From Octopus sinensis (taxonomy: Eukaryota), in NCBI RefSeq assembly GCF_006345805.1, contig NC_043011.1, positions 2,914,001 to 2,978,000 of the forward strand: a DNA stretch of 64,000 nt, in the 5' to 3' direction. The notes beneath the pieces were generated by a model. It was given only the letters and a program-made list of their open reading frames with translations. It was not told the DNA's origin and searched no databases. The position numbers were made by a program, and so were the translations under genes. Shown here in pieces: positions 41,461-53,610 of this stretch (position 1 is the stretch's first letter; the number at the start of each line of letters is the position of its first letter).

Positions 41461-41827
41461 GTCCCTCTAATCGACGCCGTGGAGATCTCATTCTTGCTCA
41501 CAACATCATAAGCAGAAAGTGTAACCTCTCGAAAGAGCTGTTCTTCGCTCCTGCTCCAGAGTGTTGGCTGCGGGGTCATTCCGAAAAGCTCTATCTGCGA
41601 CGATTTCATCTCAATCAAAGGAGAGGGGCTTTCTCCGTCCGGGTTGCAGATCCGTGGAATAAGCTGCCGGACGAGATGGTGAAGATGCCGACGACCGCTC
41701 GGTTCAAAGTCTCCCTTGACCACAAATGGCCTGAACTCTTTACATGAACACCACCCTGTACATAACTCCATGTCCCCCTACATGGCCTTGCTTTTTGAGC
41801 CAAAAAATTAACTAACTAACTAACTAG
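41461..41827 (+). mobile_element. CR1-like LINE 3' end (second family, CpG-rich, young-looking) with (TAAC)n tail
   Basis: RRRGDLILAHNII...LRGHSEKL...RRGAFSVRVADPWNKLP...FKVSLDHKW, stop at 41745-47; tail 41809-41827. Confidence 0.85.
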
Positions 41828-42792
41828 TCCAACTCCCATGGGTGCACAGTTGACCTCATTGGCCATTGTAGTATCTGCAAGCTGGTAGGGATGAGGGCTA
41901 CCTACATTGTTTTGTTTAGCATGGTGCACATCAGTTTCATCTTGGTCTTAACAGTAAGATTGCATTGATTCCATAGCTGAGTGTCCCAGATGATTAGAGC
42001 AAGCAAAGTGTTTCAATCTTCATCCACTGTCATTGCAGTTTCTAGATTTTAGATTTCATTGCTGCTTTGGTATTTCGAGGCATGACAGGTTATCAGCACT
42101 TGCCAAAATTGCTGCTTCAAGTCAGCTGAGGGAATAAATGTCTAAATGTTCCTTTCACATAAACTGGAAATAGATCCAAGGTCTGCCAGATCAGAATTTT
42201 TCTACAAGCTAAACAGTAGCAACAAAACAACTTGAAACTTGAAAGAAGACAGTTATTCAATCAAGTGGATGCTTGCTAATGTAGTCACCACTCATTCTAG
42301 CATTAACATCTTCAACACATTTTTAGCTCATTTCTACAGCACTTCTTACAGCCTTTCTCCTTTATTTTTTAAACACTTTTTTGTGTTTCCTTCTTCTGAG
42401 AGTAAGGGTTAATATACAAGCATCACTGCTGGGTAAATGTATGTTATTATTTTTGCAAACATTTCACACCTAATTAAGAACTGAAAGCTCATTAATCAGA
42501 TTGCCAATACAATATATGTTTGCTGTTTGTACACTCCTTTTGAAATCAGCAAAAATACTGGCCTAAAATTATTTCAATGCCACACAGAAAATTCAATCTA
42601 AGCTTACATTCTAACAAGTACACACTACCTCCTCTTTGTGTTTACTAATACTTGTTAGACAGCTTGCAAATTTGATTTCTCTCAATCAATCCATTCTTTT
42701 ACTGATTTTTCTCTAACACACCCTCTCTTCCTCTCTCTCTCGCTCTCTTCATTTCCCATTTATTTTGGTGGTCGAGGATCATTCACTGCTTT

Positions 42793-42847
<55 letters not shown>

Positions 42848-43385
42848 TGTGGTTTGGCACTATTATTGCTGCTGTTGTTATTGTCGATGCTGTTACAGTC
42901 TCTGTTCTGTTTCTTTTGTAGTTGATGCTGTTGTCACTACTGATATAATTGCTGTTACTATTTCATTTGTGGATGGGATTTTTTTATCTCTTCTTTTTTG
43001 CTGAGTTGAACTGTTTTTACTGTTTCTGCAGGTGTTTTGGGGACTGTTTTTGTTGACGTTGCTTCTGCTGCAAGCTGTTATTGTTACTGTTGTTGTTATT
43101 GCAGTAGTGGTGATTGTTGTTGTAGTTTCTGTTTGTAGTTGTTAGTGCCGCCCACTGTTGAAGCTGCCAGTATTGTTCTTGTTATTATTGCAGTAGTTTT
43201 GGCTCGTTTTTGTCATTGATATAGTTGCTGTTGTTATTATTGTGGTTGTGGCTGCTGTTATTGTTCAATTATTTATTAAATCGGAAATCAGAAATATTCT
43301 GTTTTGTGGCTGTAATGTTGCTGGAAGCAATATTATCAATGACAATACAGTGAAGTCTCATATACATATAAATACATACATATAC

Positions 43386-43416
<31 letters not shown>

Positions 43417-44273
43417 CATATATATATATATACATACATACATATATATATGTATGTATGTATATATATTTATATATATATATATATGTATAGAGAGATA
43501 TAAACATTTATATACATACATGCATGTGTGTGTGTGTGTGTATGCATATGAATGTATTTGGTGTTTGTGTGCATGTCTGTAATAAATATTTAGTTTATTT
43601 TGCTTTATTTTTTAGTTTTGTTTTCATCAAGCTGACAATAGAGTGTTGGTTCCCTGCTATTATAGACTTTACTTGTACTAAAGAAGAGAGGATAGCTTTA
43701 GATGGATTACATTGATGCAGTGTACAATTCAATTTCTTTCAAAGAAATGATTGTCTGAAAAGGTGAAGCAAACAGGCATTGAAATTAAAAATATATTTTC
43801 AAATCAGGTGTTTAATAGTGAAAGTATCGACATATTCTGAATAGACCTAAGTCCAGTTTTAGTAAAAAATTAACAAGAAATTTGTTGAAAATTACTCAAG
43901 TATATTACTGGTATCTATTTTAATGAATGAAAGGTAATGAAAAGCACAGCTACCTCTTTAGTAAGATATGAATTCAAAATATAGGGAGAAGTAGGTATAG
44001 CTGCATGGCTAAGCACTTTGCTTCTGAGTCTGTTCTTGTTCCGTGGCATCTTGGATAAGTATCTTCAAGTATAGCAGCAAGCTGATCAATGCCTTGTAAT
44101 TGAAACTGGTTGACAGAAACTGCACAGAAGCCCATCGTATATGTAGAAATATGTGTGTTTGTTTTCTCCTTTGGGATTTATGTATTGACATAGTTTATGT
44201 GATGCACAAAATGTCATCATATAGATAGTGTTATTGTTTATGTCTACCATTAAAACATGCCTAAGCATTAAAT

Positions 44274-44754
44274 AAACAATTGCAGCGTGGAAGGTGTTTG
44301 TAGGCCATTTAAAAACACACAAAAGCCGTTTGATTCACTTCAACATTTAAATTTAATTTGTCAAAATATTTTCGTTGCTGTAAGACCATGAACAGGTTGC
44401 GGTCTTAAAGCGACGAGCTGGCAGAATCATTAGAACGCTGGGCAAAATGCTTAGCAGTATTTCGCCTGTCTTTACATTCCGAGTTCAAATTCCGCCGAGG
44501 TCGACTTTGCCTTTTATCCTTTCGGGGTCGATTAAATAAGTACCAGTTACGCACCGCGGTCGATATAATCGACTTAATCCGTTTGTCTGTCCTTGTTTGT
44601 CCTCTCTGTGTTTAGCCCCTTGTGGGTAGTAAAGAAATAGGTTTTAAAGCGACGAAAATATTTTGACAAATTAAACTTAAATGTTGAAGTGAATCAAACG
44701 GCTTTTGTGTGTTTCTTAAATGGCCTACAAACACCTTCCACACTGCAATTGTTT
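44274..44754. mobile_element. Fold-back element H2 (about 114-bp arms) with its right arm interrupted by a SINE-C; decayed hammerhead-like motif
   Basis: 44274-44387 is the reverse complement of 44401-44416 plus 44656-44754 (4 substitutions, 1 indel). After removing the SINE: ATGAACA g gttgc-ggtcttaaa-gcgac GAAA atat T T tgacaaa. Confidence 0.8.
44417..44639 (+). mobile_element. SINE-C inserted in H2 with 16-bp TSD
   Basis: ggtcttaaagcgacga (44401-16) / ggttttaaagcgacga (44640-55). Confidence 0.9.
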
Positions 44755-45923
44755 TCGTTTCAGCACACGATCTCAGATCAAATCACTTGCTATGCAAGTA
44801 CATCTCCGTAAGTCATTAAATAGTTTGTCAGAAATCAATTCAAAGGACAAGAGCACCATGTACCTCACTTGGAAATAAGTAAGGATTGACAACAGGGAAG
44901 ACATTTCGCTGGAGAACACTGTCTCAACAAGTTTCATGTAATCCTACCAGCATGGGAAAAGCAGACATGATGAGGATAATGAAGATGGTGGTGGAGTCAG
45001 AGGCAGCAGCAGAGTCAGTGGCAGCAATGGAGCGAAAGGTGATAGGTGTGATGACAGTGTTGATGGCAATGATGATGATGTTGTCAATAATGATGATAAC
45101 AACAATAAATTACAGTATTTCAGATGGCTAACAAACTTTCAAAAACGAAATTTTTGGACATATTTACAAATTAGGGCCAAAAAAACATGATGACAAAGTG
45201 CGACAGATGGATAGACTGAAGCAGTTAAAGACTCCATCATTTATGGTATGTCTTTACCAGCAATGTTCCTTGTAATGAATTTCATTTTTTACTAAGAACT
45301 TTCAAGTCCACATCGACTGGAATAGTGCACTAAAATGGATTTTATACTGTTCAATAAGGACCATTTCCATTTTAACTCAAGTAACACCAGATATATGGTT
45401 GATTTTAGTCAAAGCTAAACTTAGAAATTTTTCCAGTATGAAAAATTTGTCAGTGAAGAAACACATTTTGACAGTATAATTATTTTCACTAAAACATTTT
45501 GATAGTATTTTAGATCATAATCATTTAGTGTGCAAGCTATTGAACTGTTGTAGTTTTGTTTTGGAGAAGGCCCTGACCTAACCTTTAAGTGCACAGTTAA
45601 TTATATTGTATATTTCTATCAATTTACATTGTTGACTATACAGAGACAATTAACTTTTAAGTTATTGTTATCGAAAATATTGGGGTGAGTGGGGTTGGTA
45701 GGGAAATGCTTTCTAATTAGTCTTAAGAAATTTATAGTTATGTCGGATGCTAATTTCATACCAAAATGTAAGTTGAATAAAATTGTTTGTTCCTGGCTTT
45801 ATTATTCTCTAGGTTTTGTTCAAGTTGGTATTTTAACTTTTTCTATGAAACCCATCTTATTCTCTAGTATCATTATAATAGAAGAATCAGTTAGATTTGT
45901 CAAGCAATGTATTTGACTGTTTA

Positions 45924-46328
45924 AGGCAGCGAGCTGGCAGAAACGTTAGCACGCTGGGCGAAATGTGTAGCCGTATTTCGTCTCCTGTTACGTTCTGAGT
46001 TCAAATTCCGCCGAGGTCAACTTTGCCTTTCATCCTTTCGGGAGTCAATAAATTAAGTACCAGTTACACACTGGGGTCAATATAATCGACTTAATCCATT
46101 TGTCTGTCCTTGTTTGTCCCCTCTGTGTTTAGCCCCTTGTGGGTAGTGAAGAAATAGGTATTTTGTCTGTGTTTACTTCCTGAGTTCAAATTCTGCCAAG
46201 GTTGACTTTGCCTTTCATCTTTTCAGGATCGATAAATTAAGTCCCAGTTGCATACTGGGGTCAATCTAATAGACTGGCCCTTTCCCCAAAAAATTCCGGC
46301 CTTGTGGTGCCTAAAGTAGAAAAGAATA
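45924..46328 (+). mobile_element. Dimeric SINE-C (full unit plus 5'-truncated unit with a different tail) under one 14-bp TSD
   Basis: tatttgactgttta (45910-23) / tatttgacagttta (46329-42). Confidence 0.8.
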
Positions 46329-47399
46329 TATTTGACAGTTTATAAATGTGTCACTGCAGATTTCTTAAAATTGCAGGTTGAAGAAAAGATTTCTCATGAC
46401 ATAGAGAAACTCTTGTTTGTTTGTTTGTTTTTTTTATCTATAATATCATTCTGCTGCAGTCTACAAATGTAGCTCTTTAAACAAATACTATCTTAACTCG
46501 AGGATAAAACTGAAAATGGTATATATCATGCAAATTAAAATATTTGCTTAACAGTTCACTATTAAACCGAACCAAGTGGGTGAAAAATATTTTGAATTGT
46601 AACACATACACACACACATTTACACATGCATGTGTGTGTGTGTGCGTGTGCTTGTGTGTGTGTGCATACTGCTGTTATGTTCAGAGCCGTCTGAGCTATG
46701 AAAATCTAAGCAGTTATGTTTGCTTTCTGTATAGTTGTTAACTACTATACTGGTTAGTGTTATCAATTACAGGGTACAGAGCAAATATCGGGAAAATAAG
46801 AATAAATACAAGTTTATATTAAAGGGAACACTCTGTTGTAGAGGTCGTGGAGTGAATGTGCATCAATATGCATTCGGAAATTCCATCATAGGGTTCCAAA
46901 TAAACATGATGGTAAAACATGCATCGGAACTTTAAAATAAACTAATGTTTATCCTTATTTCCCCCCCACACACACACATGTATGTGTATATCTCTTATTA
47001 TAAAAGGCAGATTTTATCTGCCTCCCTTTGTAACTTATAGAAATCTACAATATAGGATTTCTTCAATTACAATTTACCTAGCATTTTTAAGAGTGGAATG
47101 CATCGGGTCATGCCAGGTCCAGTTTTTAAAATTTAAACTCCAATTAAGCAAAATTTACAGAAAACTCACATTCTGGTGTGTATGTCAAATGCTTATCTTA
47201 ATGTGGTTTACACCACACGCACACGCACACACACAGTGTGCAACGAATAAAATGAAAGTAAATAGCGACGGAGTGATTTGAGGAAGACTAAACTGAAAGT
47301 ATTTAAACCACTACTCAAAAAATAAAAAAACACAGCAAACAGAAACAAATAAATACATAACGATTTACTCCTCACACAATTTCTTCAATTAGAGTTTAC

Positions 47400-47431
47400 C
47401 TAAGATTTTTCAAAGTACTCCATTCGGTCAT
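47400..47431 (-). CDS. Candidate first coding exon MTEWSTLKNL(R/S) of an unidentified gene
   Basis: ATG at 47431, 32 nt, donor AG|GTAAAC at 47400/47399; lies just downstream of the CpG-rich region and a UTR-like stretch. No homology recognised. Confidence 0.25.
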
Positions 47432-47779
47432 GCCATAATATATTTCTTTCAATTTCACCCCCAATTAAGACAAAATTCGAGAAAACTCAATATTTTAACA
47501 TTTCACTCCGAAAGCATTGATGTACATATGTGCGTGCGTGAGTGTGTGTGTGTGTTTGATGGGTTGTGCGACACAGAAAGTGTGGTGTGTAAGTGAAGTG
47601 CTTTTGTTAGTGTGTGTAAAGAGACAGACAGAGTGAAAGACAGAAATAACTGAACTTTTTTTATTCACTTTTTGTAGTGAGTGACTGAGAGAGAAAAGAG
47701 AGAGAGAGGTTATGTATGTATATATGTATGTATGGCTTCAGTGACACACACACACAAAAACACATACCTACGTACACCT

Positions 47780-48170
47780 AAAGCACGCACAAGCAGAGCG
47801 CGAACTTCAAAATTTTGGTAGTATTAATTTGCGAGCGTACTTCTAAGCGCGCGTAATTGAAAGTTTTCACTATGATATCATCACGTGCGAAAAAATTCGA
47901 AGGGTTTTGAACAATCGTAAAAAATGATACAGATGTCACGCCTGTATTGAAACCATTGCTAAGCTGCCGTAATTGCTTAATTAAGACTTTGTTTAAATTG
48001 AAAGGGGCAAATATGTGACGAGGTTGAAAAAAAATACCCCAGAAAAAAAAATGTACTGCTGGTATTTATATAATTCACTACTATTTTGCTACAATGTCAT
48101 GAAAAAGAAAAAATTTAGGTATGTAAATCGAATTCGCCACCCCCTTTTCCCCTTTCGCGTTTGTGTAAAA
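47780..48170. promoter_or_regulatory. CpG-rich non-repeat region, promoter-like
   Basis: About 19 CpG by manual count in about 400 bp of AT-rich unique DNA, against CpG depletion elsewhere; CACGTG at 47882-87. Confidence 0.45.
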
Positions 48171-48283
48171 AAAATTATTATTTAAGTTTTAAAAATTATT
48201 TACTTTGTTCAAAAAATATTAATATTAATTAATTTTCAAGAATTATTTAATTTTATTCTGTAAAATAGTAATTAATTCATTTA

Positions 48284-48640
48284 TCTGTAAATCCGCGAGG
48301 TTGTTACTCAGGCACCTAGAATGGTAACCTTCAACTAACACTATCTCCTCCGAGACCCTGCGGCTCAAGTTGACCAAAATTGAGAGTATGGTAGAAGAAG
48401 GGTTGCTCTTGCTTCCGTAGAACATAAAATTCAAATCGGACCATGTTAACACCAAATATTATTTACATCAAAAAGATGCTTTTTTCTATGAAAATCCCTA
48501 TTTTTTACGATTTTTTCACTGCTGTGTCGCCACTTTTCGGTGTATTTCAACCAGAAAAATGTTCACAAAATTTTTACTTTTCAAAATTACAATTCCAGCG
48601 GGTCGAAACAAACCCGAGCAACGCCGGGCGATACTGCTAG
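48284..48640 (+). mobile_element. Non-autonomous Helitron
   Basis: A|TC...CTAG|T ends; GC hairpin cccgagcaacgccggg (48613-28) 12 nt from the 3' end. 5' boundary less certain. Confidence 0.7.
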
Positions 48641-48804
48641 TGAATAATAACACAAATGGACTGAGATTCACTTCAGCTGCTTCAAGTCAAATTCTTTGCA
48701 ATTGCAGTATGTATAAAAACTTTTTCTTCTGGTGAATTAAAATCAAGAAGAAAATGTTTTTATTTTTTCACATTATGTAAATGATTTGTTCATCAATAAA
48801 CACC

Positions 48805-49345
48805 ATCATCATCATCATCATCGTTTAGTGTCCGCTTTCCATGCTGGCATGGGTTGGACGGTTCGACTGGGGTCTGGGAAGCCAGAAGGCTGCACCAGGC
48901 CCAGTCTGATCTGGCAATGTTTCTACAGCCGATGCCCTTCCTAATGCCAACAACTCCGTGAGTGTAGTGGGTGCTTTTTACGTGCCACCGGCACAGGTGC
49001 CAGACGAGGCTGGCAAACGGCCACGATTGGATGGTGTTTTTTATGTGTCACCGGCTCGGAAGCCAGGCGAAGCTGGCAACGACCATGATCGGATGGTACT
49101 TTTTACATGCCACTGGCACGGAGGCCAGTTGGGGTGGCGCTGGCAATGGCCATGTTCGGATGCTTCTCTTACGTGCCCTCGGCACTGGTATCACAGCTAC
49201 AATTTCAATTGATGTTGATCGATTTCAATTTTGATTTTGATTTTGATTTTGATTTTGATTCTCACTTGCCTCAACAGGTCTTCACAAGTAGAGTTCTGTG
49301 TCCCAAGAAGGAAAGGTATGCATAAGTGGACTGGCTACATCCCAG
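48805..49345 (-). mobile_element. SINE-D, longest copy, with four internal units and a (TTTTGA)n tract
   Basis: Intra-window homology. Confidence 0.85.
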
Positions 49346-49502
49346 GGAGAGGCCACATCATGTCTAAAATAGCTGTAGTGAACCTCAGCCCATTGGTGTT
49401 GTAATTTATACTACATCACACTCAGAACCTTCTCTGTGCTGGATTTTGATCCTATGGTAGACCAGGAACTGCATATCAGAGTATATACTTGTGTGATTTT
49501 AC

Positions 49503-49920
49503 AGGCGCAGGTGTGGCTGTGTGGTAAGTAGCTTGCTAACCAACCACATGGTTCCGGGTTCAGTCCCACTGCGTGGCATCTTGGGCAAGTGTCTTCTGCT
49601 ATAGCCCCGGGACGACCAATGCCTTGTGAGTGGATTTGGTAGACGGAAACTGAAAGTAGCCTGTCGTATATATATATATATATATTTATGTATGTGTGTA
49701 TGTGTGTCTGTGTTTGTTCCCCTAGCATTGCTTGACAACTGATGCTGGTGTGTTTACGTCCCTGTCACTTAGCGGTTCGGCAAAAAGAGACCGATAGAAT
49801 AAGTACTGGGCTTACAAAAGAATAAGTCCCGGGGTCGATTTGCTCGACTAAAGGTGGTGCTCCAGCATGGCCGCAGTCAAATGACTGAAACAAGTAAAAG
49901 AGTAAAAGAGTAAAAAGAGT
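49503..49920 (+). mobile_element. SINE-A, full length
   Basis: Intra-window homology; (agtaaaag)n tail. Confidence 0.9.
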
Positions 49921-50108
49921 ATATGTTGAATGTATTTGGTCTATACTTGTGGATGTATGCATAACTGGAAGGTGTATACTTTAATAAGTACATGAATTCC
50001 TGTACACACCGTTGATACATAGGTATACTGTCCTTGAACTCTGTTTAGGTGATTTTGTTATTAAAATACCTCATTTCTATTGGATCCTGTACACACACAC
50101 AAACACAG

Positions 50109-50140
<32 letters not shown>

Positions 50141-50147
50141 GTATATT

Positions 50148-50534
50148 GGAGGCGCAATGGCCCAGTGGTTAGGGCAGCGGACTCGCGGTCATAGGATCAC
50201 GGTTTCGATTCCCAGACCGGGCGTTGTGAGTGTTTATTGAGCAAAAACACCTAAAGCTCCACGAGGCTCTGCCAGGGGATGGTGGTGATCCCTGCTGTAC
50301 TCTTTCATCACAACTTTCTCTCACTCTTACTTCCTGTTTCTGTTGTCCCTGTATTTCAAAGGGCCGGCCTTGTCACTCTCTGTGTCACGCTGAATATCCC
50401 CGGGAACTACATTAAGGGTACACGTGTCTGTGTGGTACTCAGCCACTTACACGTTAATTTCATGAGCAGGCTGTTCCGTTGATTCGGATCAACCGGAACC
50501 CTCGTCATCGTAACCGACAGAGTGCTTCCATCCA
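50148..50534 (+). mobile_element. SINE-B, tail type i, full length
   Basis: A-box tggcccagtgg and B-box-like gtttcgattcc; homology to 36201-36587. Confidence 0.9.
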
Positions 50535-50556
50535 TATGTATATATATACATATATA

Positions 50557-50806
50557 TGAAAAACAAGTCAAGATAGAAAATGCTAAAATGATTTTATAAA
50601 GAACATTTCAGTACCGGTTTCAATCATTTGAGACCTTTTCAACTGTAACTATTAAATAATTAAATATAGAAAAACTTTTCTTTTAATTTTTCTAAATTTA
50701 ATTGTTTAATCGTTACAGTTGAAAAGGTCTCAAAATGACTGAAACCGGTACTGAAATGTTCTTTATAAAATTATTTTATCATTTTCTATCTTGACTTGTT
50801 TTTTCA
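50557..50806. mobile_element. Fold-back element H3 (about 120-bp arms, 12-nt loop) flanked by TA-rich tracts
   Basis: 50557-50674 vs 50687-50806 are reverse complements with 6 substitutions and 2 indels. Confidence 0.9.
50713..50756 (+). ncRNA. Hammerhead ribozyme motif with U3:A8 core variant (H3 right arm)
   Basis: ttacag TTGAAAA ggtc-tcaaaat-gact GAAA CCGG TA ctgaaa: exact hammerhead spacing, palindromic ACCGGT stem III, GUA cleavage triplet. Confidence 0.65.
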
Positions 50807-50997
50807 AATATATCAACTCTGTGTGTCCCTTTTCATCCTTATATACATATATATATATACACATACATACATATACAAAAAAAGTTTCAGAATGAGATAA
50901 AAATCCAAGGCTGTGAAAGATTTTAGAACATTTATAAATTGAAGGTCTTACAGCTGTTTCTGATAAAATAACTATTGCTTAACCATTTTCTCACACC

Positions 50998-51045
50998 GTC
51001 TCCGATGAAAGGATATATAATATATCCTGAAAACAGCTGTAAGAC
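50998..51045 (+). ncRNA. Hammerhead ribozyme motif (H4), CCGAUGA core
   Basis: gtct CCGATGA a aggatata-taa-tatatcct GAAA ACAGCTGT A agac. One extra A relative to the canonical spacing; the left arm (minus strand) has canonical GAAACAGCTGTA. Confidence 0.6.
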
Positions 51046-51087
51046 CTTCTATTTATAAATGTTCTAAGATCTTTCACAGCCATTCCT

Positions 51088-51483
51088 GTGGCTGTGTGGT
51101 AAGTAGTTTGCTTACCTTCCACATGGTTCCAGGTTCAGTCCCACTGCGTGGCACCTGGGGCAAGTGTCTTCTACTATAGCCTTGGGCTGGCCAAAGCCTT
51201 GTGAGTGAATTTGGTAGACGGAAACTGAAAGAAGCCCGTCGTATATATGTATATGTATATATATATGTGTGTGTTTGTGTGTCTGTGTTTGTCTCCCCCA
51301 ACATTGCTTGGCAACCGATGCTGGTGTGTTTACATCCCTGTAACTTAGCAGTTTGGCAAAATAGACTGATAGAATAAGTACTAGGCTTACAAAGAATAAG
51401 TCCTGGCCATTGATTTCCTCGACTAAAGGCAATGCTCCAGCATGGCCACAATCAAATGACTGAAACAAGTAAAAGAGTAAAAG
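51088..51483 (+). mobile_element. SINE-A inserted in H4
   Basis: Intra-window homology. Confidence 0.9.
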
Positions 51484-51529
51484 AGCCTTGCATTTTTATC
51501 TCATTCTGAAAATTTTTTTTGTATATACA

Positions 51530-52978
51530 CATGCTGATATATCAAGAAGGTGTCACTGACCCACAACACCACTTTTGAAAGCACTAGGATTACATGTAGG
51601 GTTCGAACTCACTCCCGTTTCGTGAACATGGTAAGGCTCACGAATGCATCTTTATGAAAAGCATGATGCATATTCGAAATGTTGACTCATTGAGTATAAA
51701 AGGCACCTACATTTAAAAGCCTGTCAGTCGTTTCCTGAACACATCAAGCATGCCAAAACTGACGGAATCAGAGGGATTAAGCAATTGGGTGTCTCCGTGC
51801 TGGTCAATGTCCATGGTTCATGACTAATGACGTGAACTGTAGTATTTGGATGACTGAGCGGCCAAGGGAACAATACAATGCTACAAACAGCACTGATGAT
51901 TGTCCACCCTGTGGCCAACCGAGGGTCATAACAGCTCATCAAGATAACCACCTGCACTGACAACACTTGCAGGACCGATTCTGGAGGACAATGGAATCAG
52001 TAATGCAGACCATAGGGACTCACCACAGACCCATTTGTGCAAAGACGGTTCACCGCAGGCTGAGATCTTTTAATTTGTCTGGTCAACATCTGGCTAAAGA
52101 GTCCCATCTTCACAGATCGTCATCAACGGGCACATCTGCAATGGGCTCAAAAACGCAAGAACTGGCAATATCAACAGTAGAGGACTGTAATTTTCTCTGA
52201 CAAAAGTTGATATTGTATTTATGTAGCAGATGGCAGAGCTAATATTTGGAGAAGAGGTGAACATCATGCTGATGGCTGTGTGGTGGAGAGAAACTCATGG
52301 GGAGGATAGAGCATCATGTTATGGGGCAGGATTGCACTCACCTAGTAACTTTGACCACTGGTCTTCCAAAACATCACCAAGGCCAGGGCAACGGAGTAAC
52401 TGCTTCTTGCTACAACAACCAAGTGTTGACGCTTCACCTTGTGCTATACTTTGCTCGTCATCGGAATCACGGGTTCCAACATGACAACGCCCCTGCCCAT
52501 ACTGCCAGGTTGGCAACAGATTTCCTCCAACAGCTCAACATCCAGACATTGCCATGGCCTGCCCTAAGTCCAGACTTGAACCCTATAGAGCATCTGAGGG
52601 ATGAAGTCCAATGAAAGCTAAATGACCTCCGTCCAAGGCTGACAACTGCAGCACAACTCAAAGCAAGCAAGTTTTAACAGAGTGTAGGCTGCTGTCCCCG
52701 TGACCTTCATCAACCGTTTGGTGCATTCAATGTACAGAAGATGCCTGGTGGTAATTAACGCTAACGGTGGTCACACATGATATTGAGTTCACCTCTTTGG
52801 ATTCAGGAGATTCCGTCATCTAATAACACCAAGTGATGTCGAACACGTTTCAGGAAATGACGATTTATCATTAGTAAAGAATGGTTTATTAATTAGCACT
52901 CTTCAATCAATGTTATGGCTGTCTGTTAATAAACTGGTTTCTATTTAGTATGTGCAATATTTCTTTTGTGGTTCAGTA
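51530..52978 (+). mobile_element. Tc1-family (DD34E) transposon relic; transposase pseudogene 51750-52786
   Basis: MPKLT..., KTVHRRLR, FQHDNAPAH, WPALSPDLNPIEHL, terminal GGHT.Y*; TIR-like right end 52952-52978. Left boundary is approximate. Confidence 0.88.
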
Positions 52979-53305
52979 CACACACACACACGCATGCGTG
53001 CATACACGTGCACACACACATGTACTCACACACACATGCACACAAACACACACATGCACACACACACGCGCACACACATACACATGCACACACACACATG
53101 CACTCACACACATACACATACATACACATGCACACACACACATGCACTCACACATGCACACACACACATGCACACACACATGCACACACACATACACATG
53201 CACACACACATGCACACACATGCACACACACATACACATGCACACACACACACATGCACACACACACACATGCACACACACACACACACGCACACACGCA
53301 CATAT
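52977..53305. repeat. (CA)n/(CACACACATG)n array
   Basis: Seen directly. Confidence 0.95.
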
Positions 53306-53319
53306 TGTGAAGGCATATG

Positions 53320-53610
53320 GCTTAGTGGTAACTGTATTTGGCTCGTGATTGTAAAGTTGTGAGTTCAATTTTCGGCAGTGCATTGTGGCCTTGAGCAAGA
53401 CACTTTATTTCAAAATGTCCCAGTCCATTCAACAGGCAAGAAAAATAAGTTGTAATTGTAATTCAAAAGGCCAGCTGTGTTCATATTCAGCATGTCACGT
53501 TGAATCTCCTTGAGAACTACATTAACGGTACACTTGCCTGTGGAGTACTCAGCCACTAGCACTTTCATTTCATGAGCAGGCTGTTCCATTGGTTGAATCA
53601 AATGGAACAC
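53320..53610 (+). mobile_element. SINE-B-related older copy
   Basis: Decayed head and type i tail. Confidence 0.6.

Larger units (their letters stand above)
50871..51525. mobile_element. Fold-back element H4 with right arm split by a SINE-A
   Basis: 50871-50960 is the reverse complement of 51029-51081 plus 51484-51525; agcc is duplicated at the SINE junctions. Confidence 0.85.

Noticed and set aside
47400-47431. Resemblance of MTEWSTLKNL to connexin N-termini
   Set aside because: Only 10 residues; connexins are chordate genes with uninterrupted N-terminal coding; no further connexin sequence is seen.
48950-49190. Regularly spaced direct repeats resembling a CRISPR array
   Set aside because: Internal tandem units of SINE-D in a eukaryotic context; spacers are homologous and no cas genes are present.
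50148-50225. tRNA-like sequences at SINE-B and SINE-A heads
   Set aside because: No intact cloverleaf or acceptor stem; continuous with SINE bodies, so not tRNA genes.
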